64,000 nt of DNA from positions 2,276-66,275 of the forward strand of contig JAAYJV010000075.1 in the NCBI GenBank assembly GCA_012522755.1, in the 5' to 3' direction. Shown piece by piece: positions 46,408 through 55,296 of this stretch. Position 1 is the first letter of the stretch. Each line of letters starts with the position of its first letter. The notes under the pieces were generated by a model, which saw only the letters and a list, made by a program, of their open reading frames with translations, did no database searches and was not told the origin of the DNA. Origin of the DNA: Candidatus Hydrogenedens sp. (lineage in GTDB: Bacteria; Hydrogenedentota; Hydrogenedentia; Hydrogenedentales; CAITNO01). The translations under genes were made by a program, and so were the position numbers.

Positions 46408-49400
46408 TTAAATCTTCTATAAGCTTCCCTCATATCCTTTTCACGGTCGTTCTTCTTGAAGGGAGGCACATATACCCGTTCCATCCGTGGTTCCATTTTA
46501 GGGTCTTCCCAGCGGATACCCACACTCCTCTCACCTCCCGGCAACACCACCTCGCCCAACAAGGCCCCATCCCCACGGTACCCGCTCCGCTTCAAAGGCT
46601 CACGAATATCCACCTCCATCTGCTCCGCAAGCTTCAATACCGCCCCAGGAACCAGCCGCCCTAAACGATCATAGCGGTTGTTTTGTTCATAACCTTGCAG
46701 CACAGAAAACTGAACCCGGTAAATCGTAATCAATTCCTCCTCCGTCAGATCCAATGCCAGAGCAGCCAGAGCATCCAGCTCCACCAATGCCTGACGTCGC
46801 TCCAGATCTGTGCGTAAAGCACTCTCCCAAGTCCAGGGCGTAGGCATCAAGGCATTCCAAAGGTCAGCGTAATGAGAGGTGAGGCAGGTCAATTTCAAAG
46901 CACGGGTTACAATTTCCTGATTCAGCGTTTCAGTTGATGGTAACGGGAGTTGCACAAAAGTATCTATGAAAAGATCGCTCTTGCCAGTGGTCTTAATAAA
47001 AAAATCATAGACCAGAGAGTGCAACAAGCCTTCCACCAGACATAGGGTAATATAGTCGTCAAAAACGACGGATAAGACAGTGTTGATGTGTGCAGCTCCT
47101 GGTGGACAAATGGTGGAGATCAATGTCCTTTCACCTGTAGTGTCACACATCCTCCGATGAACGTGTCGGAAAAACTCCGTTACGGCTTTCTCTTTCCAGT
47201 GGGGCGTCTGCTGCTTATACTCCTCAGGGGAACAAGCAGGCAGATAATTCGTTCGAGGCAAATAGTCAGGATCTATGACCGTGAGATCAATGGAGGTATA
47301 ATCAAGACCGTGCTTACAACCTTCATTGGGCGTTTTAGCAAAGGGGGTTCCCACAAAGAAATGAGGACCTGACAGTACCCAGTCCCTGACGTCTTTCAGC
47401 TGCTGCGTTTCCCTGCGGATAATGCCATCCCGTTGGGCATAAGTTTCATCAAACATAACCGTAGAAAAGAACAGATCGTCTAAATCACTCAGACGCCGAT
47501 GTTGGTGGGCTATTTTTTTCAGAACCTGTATAATTTCTTCACTGTGAATAACAGGAAGGCGGGCTTCCAGAGGAGGTGTTCCAGGGGAATCATAGAGAGA
47601 AGCCATGAGCTTCAGCCTGTCTTTATCGATTGTCAGGAGGCGGTGTCTGTGAGGTCGTAATTCCCATTGATTGTTTTCATTCTTATACCCCGGTACATTC
47701 CCCTCTCCATCGTGTTGCATGGAGCCGTCAATGGTGAGAGGATGGAATAGGTTCGACATGTGAAGAAAAGAAATGGGTTTCCCTATTTTATTTTCATATA
47801 TATTTATGCTGTAATGTCTTGTATGACTTATATCAAATAGAATAAGCTCATTGATAAATTGAAAGTGCGCTCTCAGGCGGATATAAAGAGCCTTTCGTAA
47901 ACGCCCTCCCCTGGCGTCGTCATAAACGCCTTCAGGATGAACTAGGCCTATAACTCCTCCTTCGGCTGCGATTTCCCAAGATCGGGTAATGAAACATTTG
48001 TATAGATTGGTTTGAATTTTTTCGAGAAGTGGGTAATTTTGTCGGGCATTGAGAAAAGCTTTGGTGGCCGTTTGTCCCACAAATTCAGAGCAGTATTCTT
48101 TGAGTCGTACTTCCTGAGTCAGATATTTGTGTCTTTGTCGGGCCATGGCGTCAGCTGAGAGTTTTCTGAGGGCAAAGAAAGGCTCAAATTCGGCGAGAAG
48201 GCCTCCTTCATTCCATCCAACCTTGATCCACGGTGGATTTCCGAGGATGAGATCGAAGCCTCCCTTGTCAGCGAAGACTTCCGCGAATTGGAGTTCCCAA
48301 TGAAGGAAGTTTCGTTGTTTTGCAATTTCCTGGACGAGGCCGAGGCGTGGCACATCTTTGCAGAGAGTATCCACATTGACTCTGCCGAATTTTTTTACAA
48401 AGGCCACATGGTCGGCACTGAGAGCCTCTTCCTGCTCCAGACCCATGAAAAGCGATTCCGCATCTCCTCCTGTGACGGTTCCTTTGAGGATGAGCTCCAC
48501 CTCCAGGAGAAAGCTGTCCCGGGTGGGTAGGAGCTCGCTCTGATCCAGAGGCCAGAACCAGAGGGCGCACCAGTAGTCCATGATGAGTTTGAGACGGCGG
48601 AAGGCTGTATAGGGCCGCTGCAGTTCCGCGGCGATCCTGTCCTGTTCCTCATAAAGGGGAGTGGGACTTTGGCGGTGGGGCTGTCCCCAGAGGCGTGGAC
48701 TTTTGGTGGTTTTTGCTACAGCTTCCCGTCTTTCCCGGATGACCTGTTGCCAGAGCTCATCAATGGCGGCACTGAGCTCCAGGAGCTTGTCCGTGTCATA
48801 CTGGTCGTAGGGCTGGCAGAAAGCTTTGCGCCAGGCTGTTATTCCTTTCACTGCGTCGGGCATGAGCTCCCGCATGGCTTTATTCTTGTCAAAGGCGGCC
48901 ATGTCATCATCGGCCACGAGGAAGTGGTATACGCCCTGACGGGGTCTTTCCAGCCATTGGGGCCCCAGGGCGAGGGGGAGGGGGCTGAGACTGAGCCAGT
49001 TGGTTTTTTTGCTTTTGTCGCGCAGATCGGCGGCATCAAAGATCTGACGGCGGGCACCGACGAGGCTGTTTCCCGTGGCTAGGCGCAGGCCGAACCAGGG
49101 ACACTGGCTGCCCCGATGGATGGTATTGAGCCAGAGAGAGGTGCGGGCCAGCTCTGTGGCGATGGGGTTGAGGTCCACGCCATAACAGTTGTGTTCCGCC
49201 AGAAAGGCCTTGACGCGCTGCCGTTCTTCGGTATAGTCGGAAGGGGGGATGAGCTCCCCCGTCTCGGCCTGTTTTTTTTCCAGATAGGCCTGGGCCAACT
49301 GGTTCACACCTTCGTTGATGAAGGCGGCGGAGCCCATGGCGGGTTCGCAGAGGCGCAGCTGGAGGATTTCATCGGCTGTCTTGTCTTTGAGGAGTTCTTT

Positions 49401-51104
49401 GAGGCTGTACTTGACGACGGACTGGGTGAGACATTCGGGAGTATAGTAGGAGGCGGAGCTTTCCCGGTCTCTTCCGGCGAGGCGGAAGATGAAACTGCCT
49501 TTTTCGTATTTCTTCCGCTGTGTTGCTCCGGGGACATCGCCTTCCACGGCTTCCCGGACAAATTCTTCTTCCTTGTAATCGCTGATCCGTGATTCAGGAA
49601 CGAACCAGGCCTGATCCGTTTCGTCGCCGGCCTTCTGGTCGGCGGCCTTCATTTCGTAGAGAGTTTCCTGAGCGAAGAAGCCCGTGTAGGAGAGGACTCC
49701 TTCATAGACGGCACCGAGCTGGTTGATGCCGAGCTGGGCATAGCTGATGCGACCTCTGTCGCGTCGGCCGCCCCTTCTTGTGCCGCCCACCCTGGAGAGG
49801 GAGAGGAGTTGGATGACCTCTTGAAGGATGCTGTTGCGCAGACGCACGGCACTGAGGCGGGGGGTGCGTTTGAGGTCAAAGAGCGGGCTGTTGAGTCCCC
49901 GGAGTGTGAAGCCCCGGTCTATATATTCCGCGACTTCCTCTTCCCGGGCCAGGGTACTTTCCATCTCTGTCTGGAGCGGGTTGTGACCGTCGTTGATGAG
50001 CGTGAACAGTTTGCGCAGGCTTTCGTCGAAGAAATAACCATTTTGCGCTTCCGGCGTGGTGAGGGGAGCCAGCTCCAGATCGCGGAGGGTTTCCAGACTG
50101 TAGCCGAGGCGGTACTCATCGCTTTTCATGGGCGCCACATCGAGCTCGCCGCCCCGGGCTTCGGCATAGAAAAGAAAGAGAAGCCGGTACAGATAGAGGA
50201 GTGATTCTTCCGTCAGTGCCCGTGCCAGTGCCTCATCGCTGAAGACTGCTTTCTTGCCGATGTTCCGCTGATACCACACATATTCATTGCCCAGCAGTTC
50301 CACGGCACGGCGTATGCCATATTGCAGATCGCTGGAAACACTGAAGGCGTGTTTGTGGGAGTTCTCATCGAGGCTGTCATGGAGGGGGAGAGCCTCATCG
50401 GGGTTGATGGCATCACGGCTGAGGAGAAGGGCCGCCGCACGGAGGGTATCTCTGCTGCGACGGCCGAAGAGTTCGTCCAGATCGAAGAGCATGTATTTGC
50501 CCTGACCCCATTTGTGGCGGTCAATGAGATAAATCTCACTTCCTGCGAAGAGGATGAGCCAGCGGGGCTTCAACTCTTTTTGGAAGATGGCGGAAAAAAG
50601 ATTTTCCCAGTTCCCTTGAGCCAGGGAAAAGTCCGCCAGCTCAGAAGAGGTCGGTGGGTTCTGACAGGGAAGAAGGCCCCGTTCCAAAGTGGCGGTGTTG
50701 TCCTCGTCGCGCCGCGTGGGGAAGGGTGCCTCCAGCAGCCAGAGCCAGGGCTCGCCAGCCCGCTGATAGGTGGCGAGGACGGGGATGAGACTCTGGTCAT
50801 CAAGCAGTTCATAGCGCCCGCTCTCGTATTCATAGCCCAGTGCTTCCAGAAGTGCGATGTTGACGGGGCGTGCTTCAAAAAAATTATCTTCCACACGCGT
50901 GGTCTCTTCTGCACGGGCCTTGGCTTTGAAATAAAGCTGGCCACAGGCTGAGAAGGCTTTGTCGGGCGGTATGCACCCTTTCTCTTCCTCTGCAGCGAGC
51001 CATCGGTCTGCGAGTTCTTTCGTGTCTTTTTCAAACAGGGCGTCCAGATAATAGTCACCGTAAAACTCGTTGACGTTGCTGATACCGGTGAGATCCAGGG
51101 ACAT
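46389..51104 (-). CDS. large N6-adenine DNA methyltransferase (gamma class, Eco57I/PglX/DrmMI-like)
   Basis: 1571 aa. SYYTPEC (nt about 49434-49452), LCEPAMGSAAF (motif I, nt about 49321-49360) and LGNPPWIKVGW (motif IV NPPW, nt about 48229-48243). RBS GAGG lies 8 nt upstream. Confidence 0.85.
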   Translation of the reverse strand: MSLDLTGISNVNEFYGDYYLDALFEKDTKELADRWLAAEEEKGCIPPDKAFSACGQLYFKAKARAEETTRVEDNFFEARPVNIALLEALGYEYESGRYELLDDQSLIPVLATYQRAGEPWLWLLEAPFPTRRDEDNTATLERGLLPCQNPPTSSELADFSLAQGNWENLFSAIFQKELKPRWLILFAGSEIYLIDRHKWGQGKYMLFDLDELFGRRSRDTLRAAALLLSRDAINPDEALPLHDSLDENSHKHAFSVSSDLQYGIRRAVELLGNEYVWYQRNIGKKAVFSDEALARALTEESLLYLYRLLFLFYAEARGGELDVAPMKSDEYRLGYSLETLRDLELAPLTTPEAQNGYFFDESLRKLFTLINDGHNPLQTEMESTLAREEEVAEYIDRGFTLRGLNSPLFDLKRTPRLSAVRLRNSILQEVIQLLSLSRVGGTRRGGRRDRGRISYAQLGINQLGAVYEGVLSYTGFFAQETLYEMKAADQKAGDETDQAWFVPESRISDYKEEEFVREAVEGDVPGATQRKKYEKGSFIFRLAGRDRESSASYYTPECLTQSVVKYSLKELLKDKTADEILQLRLCEPAMGSAAFINEGVNQLAQAYLEKKQAETGELIPPSDYTEERQRVKAFLAEHNCYGVDLNPIATELARTSLWLNTIHRGSQCPWFGLRLATGNSLVGARRQIFDAADLRDKSKKTNWLSLSPLPLALGPQWLERPRQGVYHFLVADDDMAAFDKNKAMRELMPDAVKGITAWRKAFCQPYDQYDTDKLLELSAAIDELWQQVIRERREAVAKTTKSPRLWGQPHRQSPTPLYEEQDRIAAELQRPYTAFRRLKLIMDYWCALWFWPLDQSELLPTRDSFLLEVELILKGTVTGGDAESLFMGLEQEEALSADHVAFVKKFGRVNVDTLCKDVPRLGLVQEIAKQRNFLHWELQFAEVFADKGGFDLILGNPPWIKVGWNEGGLLAEFEPFFALRKLSADAMARQRHKYLTQEVRLKEYCSEFVGQTATKAFLNARQNYPLLEKIQTNLYKCFITRSWEIAAEGGVIGLVHPEGVYDDARGGRLRKALYIRLRAHFQFINELILFDISHTRHYSINIYENKIGKPISFLHMSNLFHPLTIDGSMQHDGEGNVPGYKNENNQWELRPHRHRLLTIDKDRLKLMASLYDSPGTPPLEARLPVIHSEEIIQVLKKIAHQHRRLSDLDDLFFSTVMFDETYAQRDGIIRRETQQLKDVRDWVLSGPHFFVGTPFAKTPNEGCKHGLDYTSIDLTVIDPDYLPRTNYLPACSPEEYKQQTPHWKEKAVTEFFRHVHRRMCDTTGERTLISTICPPGAAHINTVLSVVFDDYITLCLVEGLLHSLVYDFFIKTTGKSDLFIDTFVQLPLPSTETLNQEIVTRALKLTCLTSHYADLWNALMPTPWTWESALRTDLERRQALVELDALAALALDLTEEELITIYRVQFSVLQGYEQNNRYDRLGRLVPGAVLKLAEQMEVDIREPLKRSGYRGDGALLGEVVLPGGERSVGIRWEDPKMEPRMERVYVPPFKKNDREKDMREAYRRFKKLNHG

Positions 51105-51127
51105 AAGATCAACCTCATTTATTAGAA

Positions 51128-51631
51128 TATAACCACGGAGAATAGGACCGCAGAATTCAGGTCACACACGGAAGAAATTGGACCACGGAACACACGGAAC
51201 ACACGGAAAAAGATTTTTGAAGATGGATAGTAGATTGAAGGGTTAAGCACAGAGGAGAAGACTTCTTTTGACTTGTTTTTTTTGCTTTTGTTTGGGTTGA
51301 TCAATAAAGTTGGTGACATGATGAAGATGTAAAGATAATAGCATTTACTTGAGGAAAAGAAAAAAGACAAAGAAAAGAAAGAAATATAAAGCCTCTGTTT
51401 CCCGTGTATTTACCTCTTATTGTTTTATGCTTCTATACGGGTTGATTAATATGCTTGATGACATGAAAGAGTTACGCAGGGAATATTATTCACTGGATTA
51501 AAACAAAAAAAGAAAAAGAAATATAAAGCCTCAGCTTCCTGTGTATTTACCTCTTATTGTTTTATGCCTTCAAACTCTTTTTCCGTGTGTTCCGTGTGTT
51601 CCGTGGTCCAATTCTCCGTGGTTCAATTCTC
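51128..51631. repeat. Family B TIR element, copy R3 (full length)
   Basis: 51177-51212 is perfectly complementary (36 nt) to 51577-51612. The core is collinear with R2 and R5. Confidence 0.9.
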
Positions 51632-51632
51632 T

Positions 51633-54500
51633 TCATTGTGTGCCTATAAATAATGCAGTCAGTTTCAAATACGGTCTTTCCACCACTTCAAGACTGTCGC
51701 GGAGCCATTCTTTGCGGATTTTGCTTTGAGCTTCCACCCGATTCTCTTCCTTCCGGAGCCGCTCGGCTATATCGCGGCGCAATCTTCCCGTGTCGCCTCC
51801 ATACATGAACCTGTCCAGCTCTATCTTCTCCATAGAACGGCGCCGCCAGCGATCGAAGCGTTTGTTGTCTTCCTGGAGCCGTTCCTCCAGTTCGCGGATG
51901 CGACGGCCCCGGAGTTGAGCCAGATGTTCCAGTGCTTTGTCCACTACCTCCTGTCGCTGCTCCTGCAGGGTTTCAACCGCTTCTGTATCATAGTCCCTGT
52001 TGGGCAGGCCCTGTAGAAAGCCGGATGTATCCAGAAATTCTTTGAGAGGCTGGATTCCCAGAAAACGCTTGCTCTGATAGCGGATGACGAACCAATCCAC
52101 AATGACAGGCTGGCTGCGCCTGTTGGAAAGAATGCCCTGGAAAAGCCAGGCGCTGTTGTCGGGCGAGAGCTTGCCGGTGCAGATGACGGGAGCTTCGTGT
52201 CGTTGAAAGCGGCAGATGACCTTATCCAGCAGCCATTGCATGGCCGGATGCAGTTCCCAGAGGAGCTGTGCATCGGGCCAGGTGGACAGTTCTTCTTTGG
52301 AAAGACGGCGCGCATCGGCTATGGCATCCTGAACACGCTGTCGATCGCTGGTGAGGAAGAGTTTGTTGTTTTTTGGCCAGGCTTCTCTGGGCACGAAGTG
52401 AAAGCGCCGCTGCAGGTCTTCGGGCATGGCCATTTCCACAGAGGGATGATCAGGATAGAAATCGGGATAAGGCAGGTCGCTGTTTTCTTCACAAAGTTCG
52501 TCGAAGGCGGCCCGAAGAAAGCTGAGGTCGTTTTCATATAGAGAGAGGGTGATCCCTGTATCTTCCGGGGGTGGCGGCGCGGCAAGTTCGCTGTCCAGAA
52601 GAAGAGAAAGAATGCCCAGGTCTTCGGGTTCCTCCGGGTAGATGTCTTCAGGGTTGCCGCCGAAATCCAGCTCGCCCTGAAGCACTTCCGCTTCTTCCTC
52701 GGCACTGTATATCCCGGTGAGGGTCGTGGCGTCACCAATATTTTTGTAGACGTATCTTTCCTTTTCGACAAGTACTTTGAGAATGTGCATGTCGCCCCGG
52801 AGCGAAGGATCGTCCGTTCTTGTGGTGAGATAAACGATGATGGGATTCTCATTCTGGCCGTAACGGTCGATGCGGCCATTTCGTTGTTCGAGCGTGATGA
52901 GAGACCAGGGGATGTCGAAGTGTACGAGATGATGACAGAAGTGATGGAGGTTCACTCCTTCGGAGGCCACGTCTGTGGCAAGAAGTATCCGGACAGGGGC
53001 ATCTTTTTTGCCGAAGTCTTCCACGATGCTCATCTGCTCCGTATCGGAAAGGGCTGCATGGAAGAGGGTGATCGCCTCATCGCGCAGATCATAGTGGCTG
53101 GCCAGTGCATGGCGCAGCATTTTCAGGGTACAGATTCTTTCGGAAAAGAGCAGTACCCGGGGACTGTCTTTCAGCCCTGTCCAGCCGATGGAGTCGAGCC
53201 ATTTGAAAAGAGCCTTCACTTTTCCGCAGGGCTGTTCCACGACCTGTTGCAGTTCGTTGTAGAGCATGTCGAGAATCTGCCAGTCACTTTCCAGATCGCT
53301 CCTGTTCACAGGTGCATCATTAAGCTTTTCATCAATAGTCTTCAGGCGATTTTCCACCGTTTCCAGACAGGCATGAGGACTCGATAAAAAGGCTTTGAAC
53401 AGGGTGGTACGGAAAAGGATGTCCCGACCACGCTTGTTTTTTTTGTTGAGTGTATGGAACTGGAGACCCTTGAGGCGCTTCAGTATACCTTCTTCCCGGT
53501 CCGTGGTGAAGACGGGGAGGGGCATGGCTTCCCGTTCCCTGAAATGTTCGCCCACCTCATGGCTCACGTCTTTTTTGAAACGACGGACAAAGAGACCCTT
53601 GATTTCGTCCCGCGAATAATCCAGAGGGTTGGCAATGGCCGTGGGGTCGAGCATGTTCATGAGATTGGCGAAGCTCTCGGGCTTGCCGTTGTGGGGAGTG
53701 GCGGAAGTGAGGATGAGGGAATCGCAGGTGCGGGCCAGAAGGGATGCCAGACGGTTGCGCTGCGTGTCCGCATTGGCTACATGGTGGCATTCATCAATGA
53801 CAATGACATCCCATTTGCAATCTTCCAGAAAAGTGCGGTAACGGCCATCATTTTTCAAGGTGTCTATGGATATAATGGCGCGGTTGAAGTAGTAAAAAGG
53901 ATTCTTGTTCGCCGGGATGCGCGCGCGGACACGCTGCAGACCGATGGAATCGAGACGGACGAGGGGGATACTGAAACGGGTCCATAATTCCTGCTGAAAC
54001 TGGGTGAGCAGTGATTTGAGGACCACAACCAGAATGCGATCGCCACGGCCCCGCTTGATCAGTTCGGAGAGGAGAACGCCCGCTTCCAGAGTCTTGCCGA
54101 TGCCTACGCCGTCGGCAATGAGTATACGTGGACGGAGGGCCGACAATGCCATGGATGCCGGGGTAAGCTGATAGGGCGCAGGGTTCATGGCCGCCTGGTG
54201 ACCCAGATAAATGCGCTCGTCCGCAGGAGGACTGCGACGAAGAAGACTCTCCAGAAAAAGGCGGGAACGACGGTATTGCGGGGAGTCATCTTCAACCAGG
54301 TCAGTCTTTTCAGGACGCATTTCCTCGACCTGGTCGAGGACGGTGAGAAAAGTGGCTTCGTGGTCTCGTACCAGCTCTGACATGCCCACTACCTGAAGAG
54401 CGGAACCCCCTGTGTTCACAGAGTGACAGGCCTTAACAAGCCATTCCTCTCCGCGTACCACTACGCGTGCACCAGGCGCAAAAACTCCCGTCTGTGCCAT
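51633..54500 (-). CDS. SNF2-family helicase (DrmD-like)
   Basis: ADGVGIGKTLEAG (nt 54091-54116), VIVIDECHHVAN (nt 53781-53815), TSATPHNGK, LLATDVASEGVNL and EQRNGRIDRYGQ. I prefer the ATG at 54500, 8 nt after GAGG, over the tracked GTG at 54509. Confidence 0.85.
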   Translation of the reverse strand: MAQTGVFAPGARVVVRGEEWLVKACHSVNTGGSALQVVGMSELVRDHEATFLTVLDQVEEMRPEKTDLVEDDSPQYRRSRLFLESLLRRSPPADERIYLGHQAAMNPAPYQLTPASMALSALRPRILIADGVGIGKTLEAGVLLSELIKRGRGDRILVVVLKSLLTQFQQELWTRFSIPLVRLDSIGLQRVRARIPANKNPFYYFNRAIISIDTLKNDGRYRTFLEDCKWDVIVIDECHHVANADTQRNRLASLLARTCDSLILTSATPHNGKPESFANLMNMLDPTAIANPLDYSRDEIKGLFVRRFKKDVSHEVGEHFREREAMPLPVFTTDREEGILKRLKGLQFHTLNKKNKRGRDILFRTTLFKAFLSSPHACLETVENRLKTIDEKLNDAPVNRSDLESDWQILDMLYNELQQVVEQPCGKVKALFKWLDSIGWTGLKDSPRVLLFSERICTLKMLRHALASHYDLRDEAITLFHAALSDTEQMSIVEDFGKKDAPVRILLATDVASEGVNLHHFCHHLVHFDIPWSLITLEQRNGRIDRYGQNENPIIVYLTTRTDDPSLRGDMHILKVLVEKERYVYKNIGDATTLTGIYSAEEEAEVLQGELDFGGNPEDIYPEEPEDLGILSLLLDSELAAPPPPEDTGITLSLYENDLSFLRAAFDELCEENSDLPYPDFYPDHPSVEMAMPEDLQRRFHFVPREAWPKNNKLFLTSDRQRVQDAIADARRLSKEELSTWPDAQLLWELHPAMQWLLDKVICRFQRHEAPVICTGKLSPDNSAWLFQGILSNRRSQPVIVDWFVIRYQSKRFLGIQPLKEFLDTSGFLQGLPNRDYDTEAVETLQEQRQEVVDKALEHLAQLRGRRIRELEERLQEDNKRFDRWRRRSMEKIELDRFMYGGDTGRLRRDIAERLRKEENRVEAQSKIRKEWLRDSLEVVERPYLKLTALFIGTQ

Positions 54501-54577
54501 GAATTTCACCTCGGTGTATCATTGCAAACAAAAAACATCATAACCTCAAATATCCTAGCATACCACAGCAGGAAGAA

Positions 54578-54901
54578 CAACCACGGAGAATTGGACCACG
54601 GAACACACTGAACACACGGAAAAAGACTTTTGAAGATGGATACTGGATTGAAGGATTAAGCACAGAGGAGAAGATTTCTTTTAACGTGTTTTATTTTGCT
54701 TTTGTTTGGGTTGATCAATAAAGTTGATGACATGATGAAGATGTAAAGATAATAGCATTTACTTGAGGAAAAGAAAAAAAGAAGAAATATAAAGCCTTTG
54801 TTTCCTGTGTATCTACTTCTTTTTTTTTATGCCTTTATTTTCTTCTTTCCGTGTGTTCCGTGATTGACCTGGTCCAATTCTCTTCATCCGTGGTCCAATT
54901 C
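54578..54901. repeat. Family B TIR element, copy R4 (single-unit variant, about 0.32 kb)
   Basis: It has both TIRs but only one copy of each internal direct repeat. It ends at the GxxExxY stop codon. Confidence 0.85.
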
Positions 54902-55276
54902 TTACAATACAATCCGTTCTATCTCCACTCCGGGATAATGTCCAAAATTTACCAGCAACCCCAATTTCAATTCCGTAACCTTCAAATAATTCATCACCTG
55001 AGCACGGTGCTCAGCTGTCAGCACCTTCACCGCTTTCAGTTCAACAAGAATCTTGTCAAAGCAAAGCAGATCCGGCACAAACTCATGCTTCAACAGTATC
55101 CCTTTATATCTCAGCGGATACCGCTTCTGTGTATGAAAAGGGATGTCTCTCGTTGCCAATTCTTGTTCAAGACAGCTCTGATACACCATCTCAACATAAC
55201 CATGGCCCAATTCCTGGTACACCTCATATATGGCCCCCCGAAGAAGGTAACTCTCTTCCTTGTACAGCAACGACAT
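54902..55276 (-). CDS. GxxExxY protein (PD-(D/E)xK nuclease superfamily, TIGR04256-like)
   Basis: 125 aa from MSLLYKEESYLLRGAIYEVYQELG. It has the GxxExxY motif, then PDLLCFDKILVELK. RBS AAGGAGG lies upstream. The tracked longer start at 55354 reads into repeat R5. Confidence 0.8.
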   Translation of the reverse strand: MSLLYKEESYLLRGAIYEVYQELGHGYVEMVYQSCLEQELATRDIPFHTQKRYPLRYKGILLKHEFVPDLLCFDKILVELKAVKVLTAEHRAQVMNYLKVTELKLGLLVNFGHYPGVEIERIVL

Positions 55277-55296
55277 GACTATAACCTCCTTAATTA

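Noticed and set aside
37082-51370. Small conserved ORFs inside family B elements (37082-37270, 45868-46119, 51122-51370) sharing FSSVLNPSIYYPSSKVF-RVF-VFRGP
   Set aside because: The conservation simply reflects translation of the conserved TIR-proximal DNA. The ORFs have no RBS, variable starts and ends, and low-complexity composition. Similar pseudo-peptides (KSTKVHEE, SPITYHL, IRPIRLIRP) arise from the heptamer arrays in family A.
37351-54500. Alternative classification of the island as BREX or Druantia
   Set aside because: No PglZ, BrxC, BrxL or Lon-like genes are present, which argues against BREX. No DruA-D, DruF-H or cytosine methyltransferase is present, which argues against Druantia. 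SNF2 plus an adenine methyltransferase next to helicase/DUF1998 fits class-1 DISARM best. A DruE-like origin of the giant helicase cannot be excluded without profile searches.
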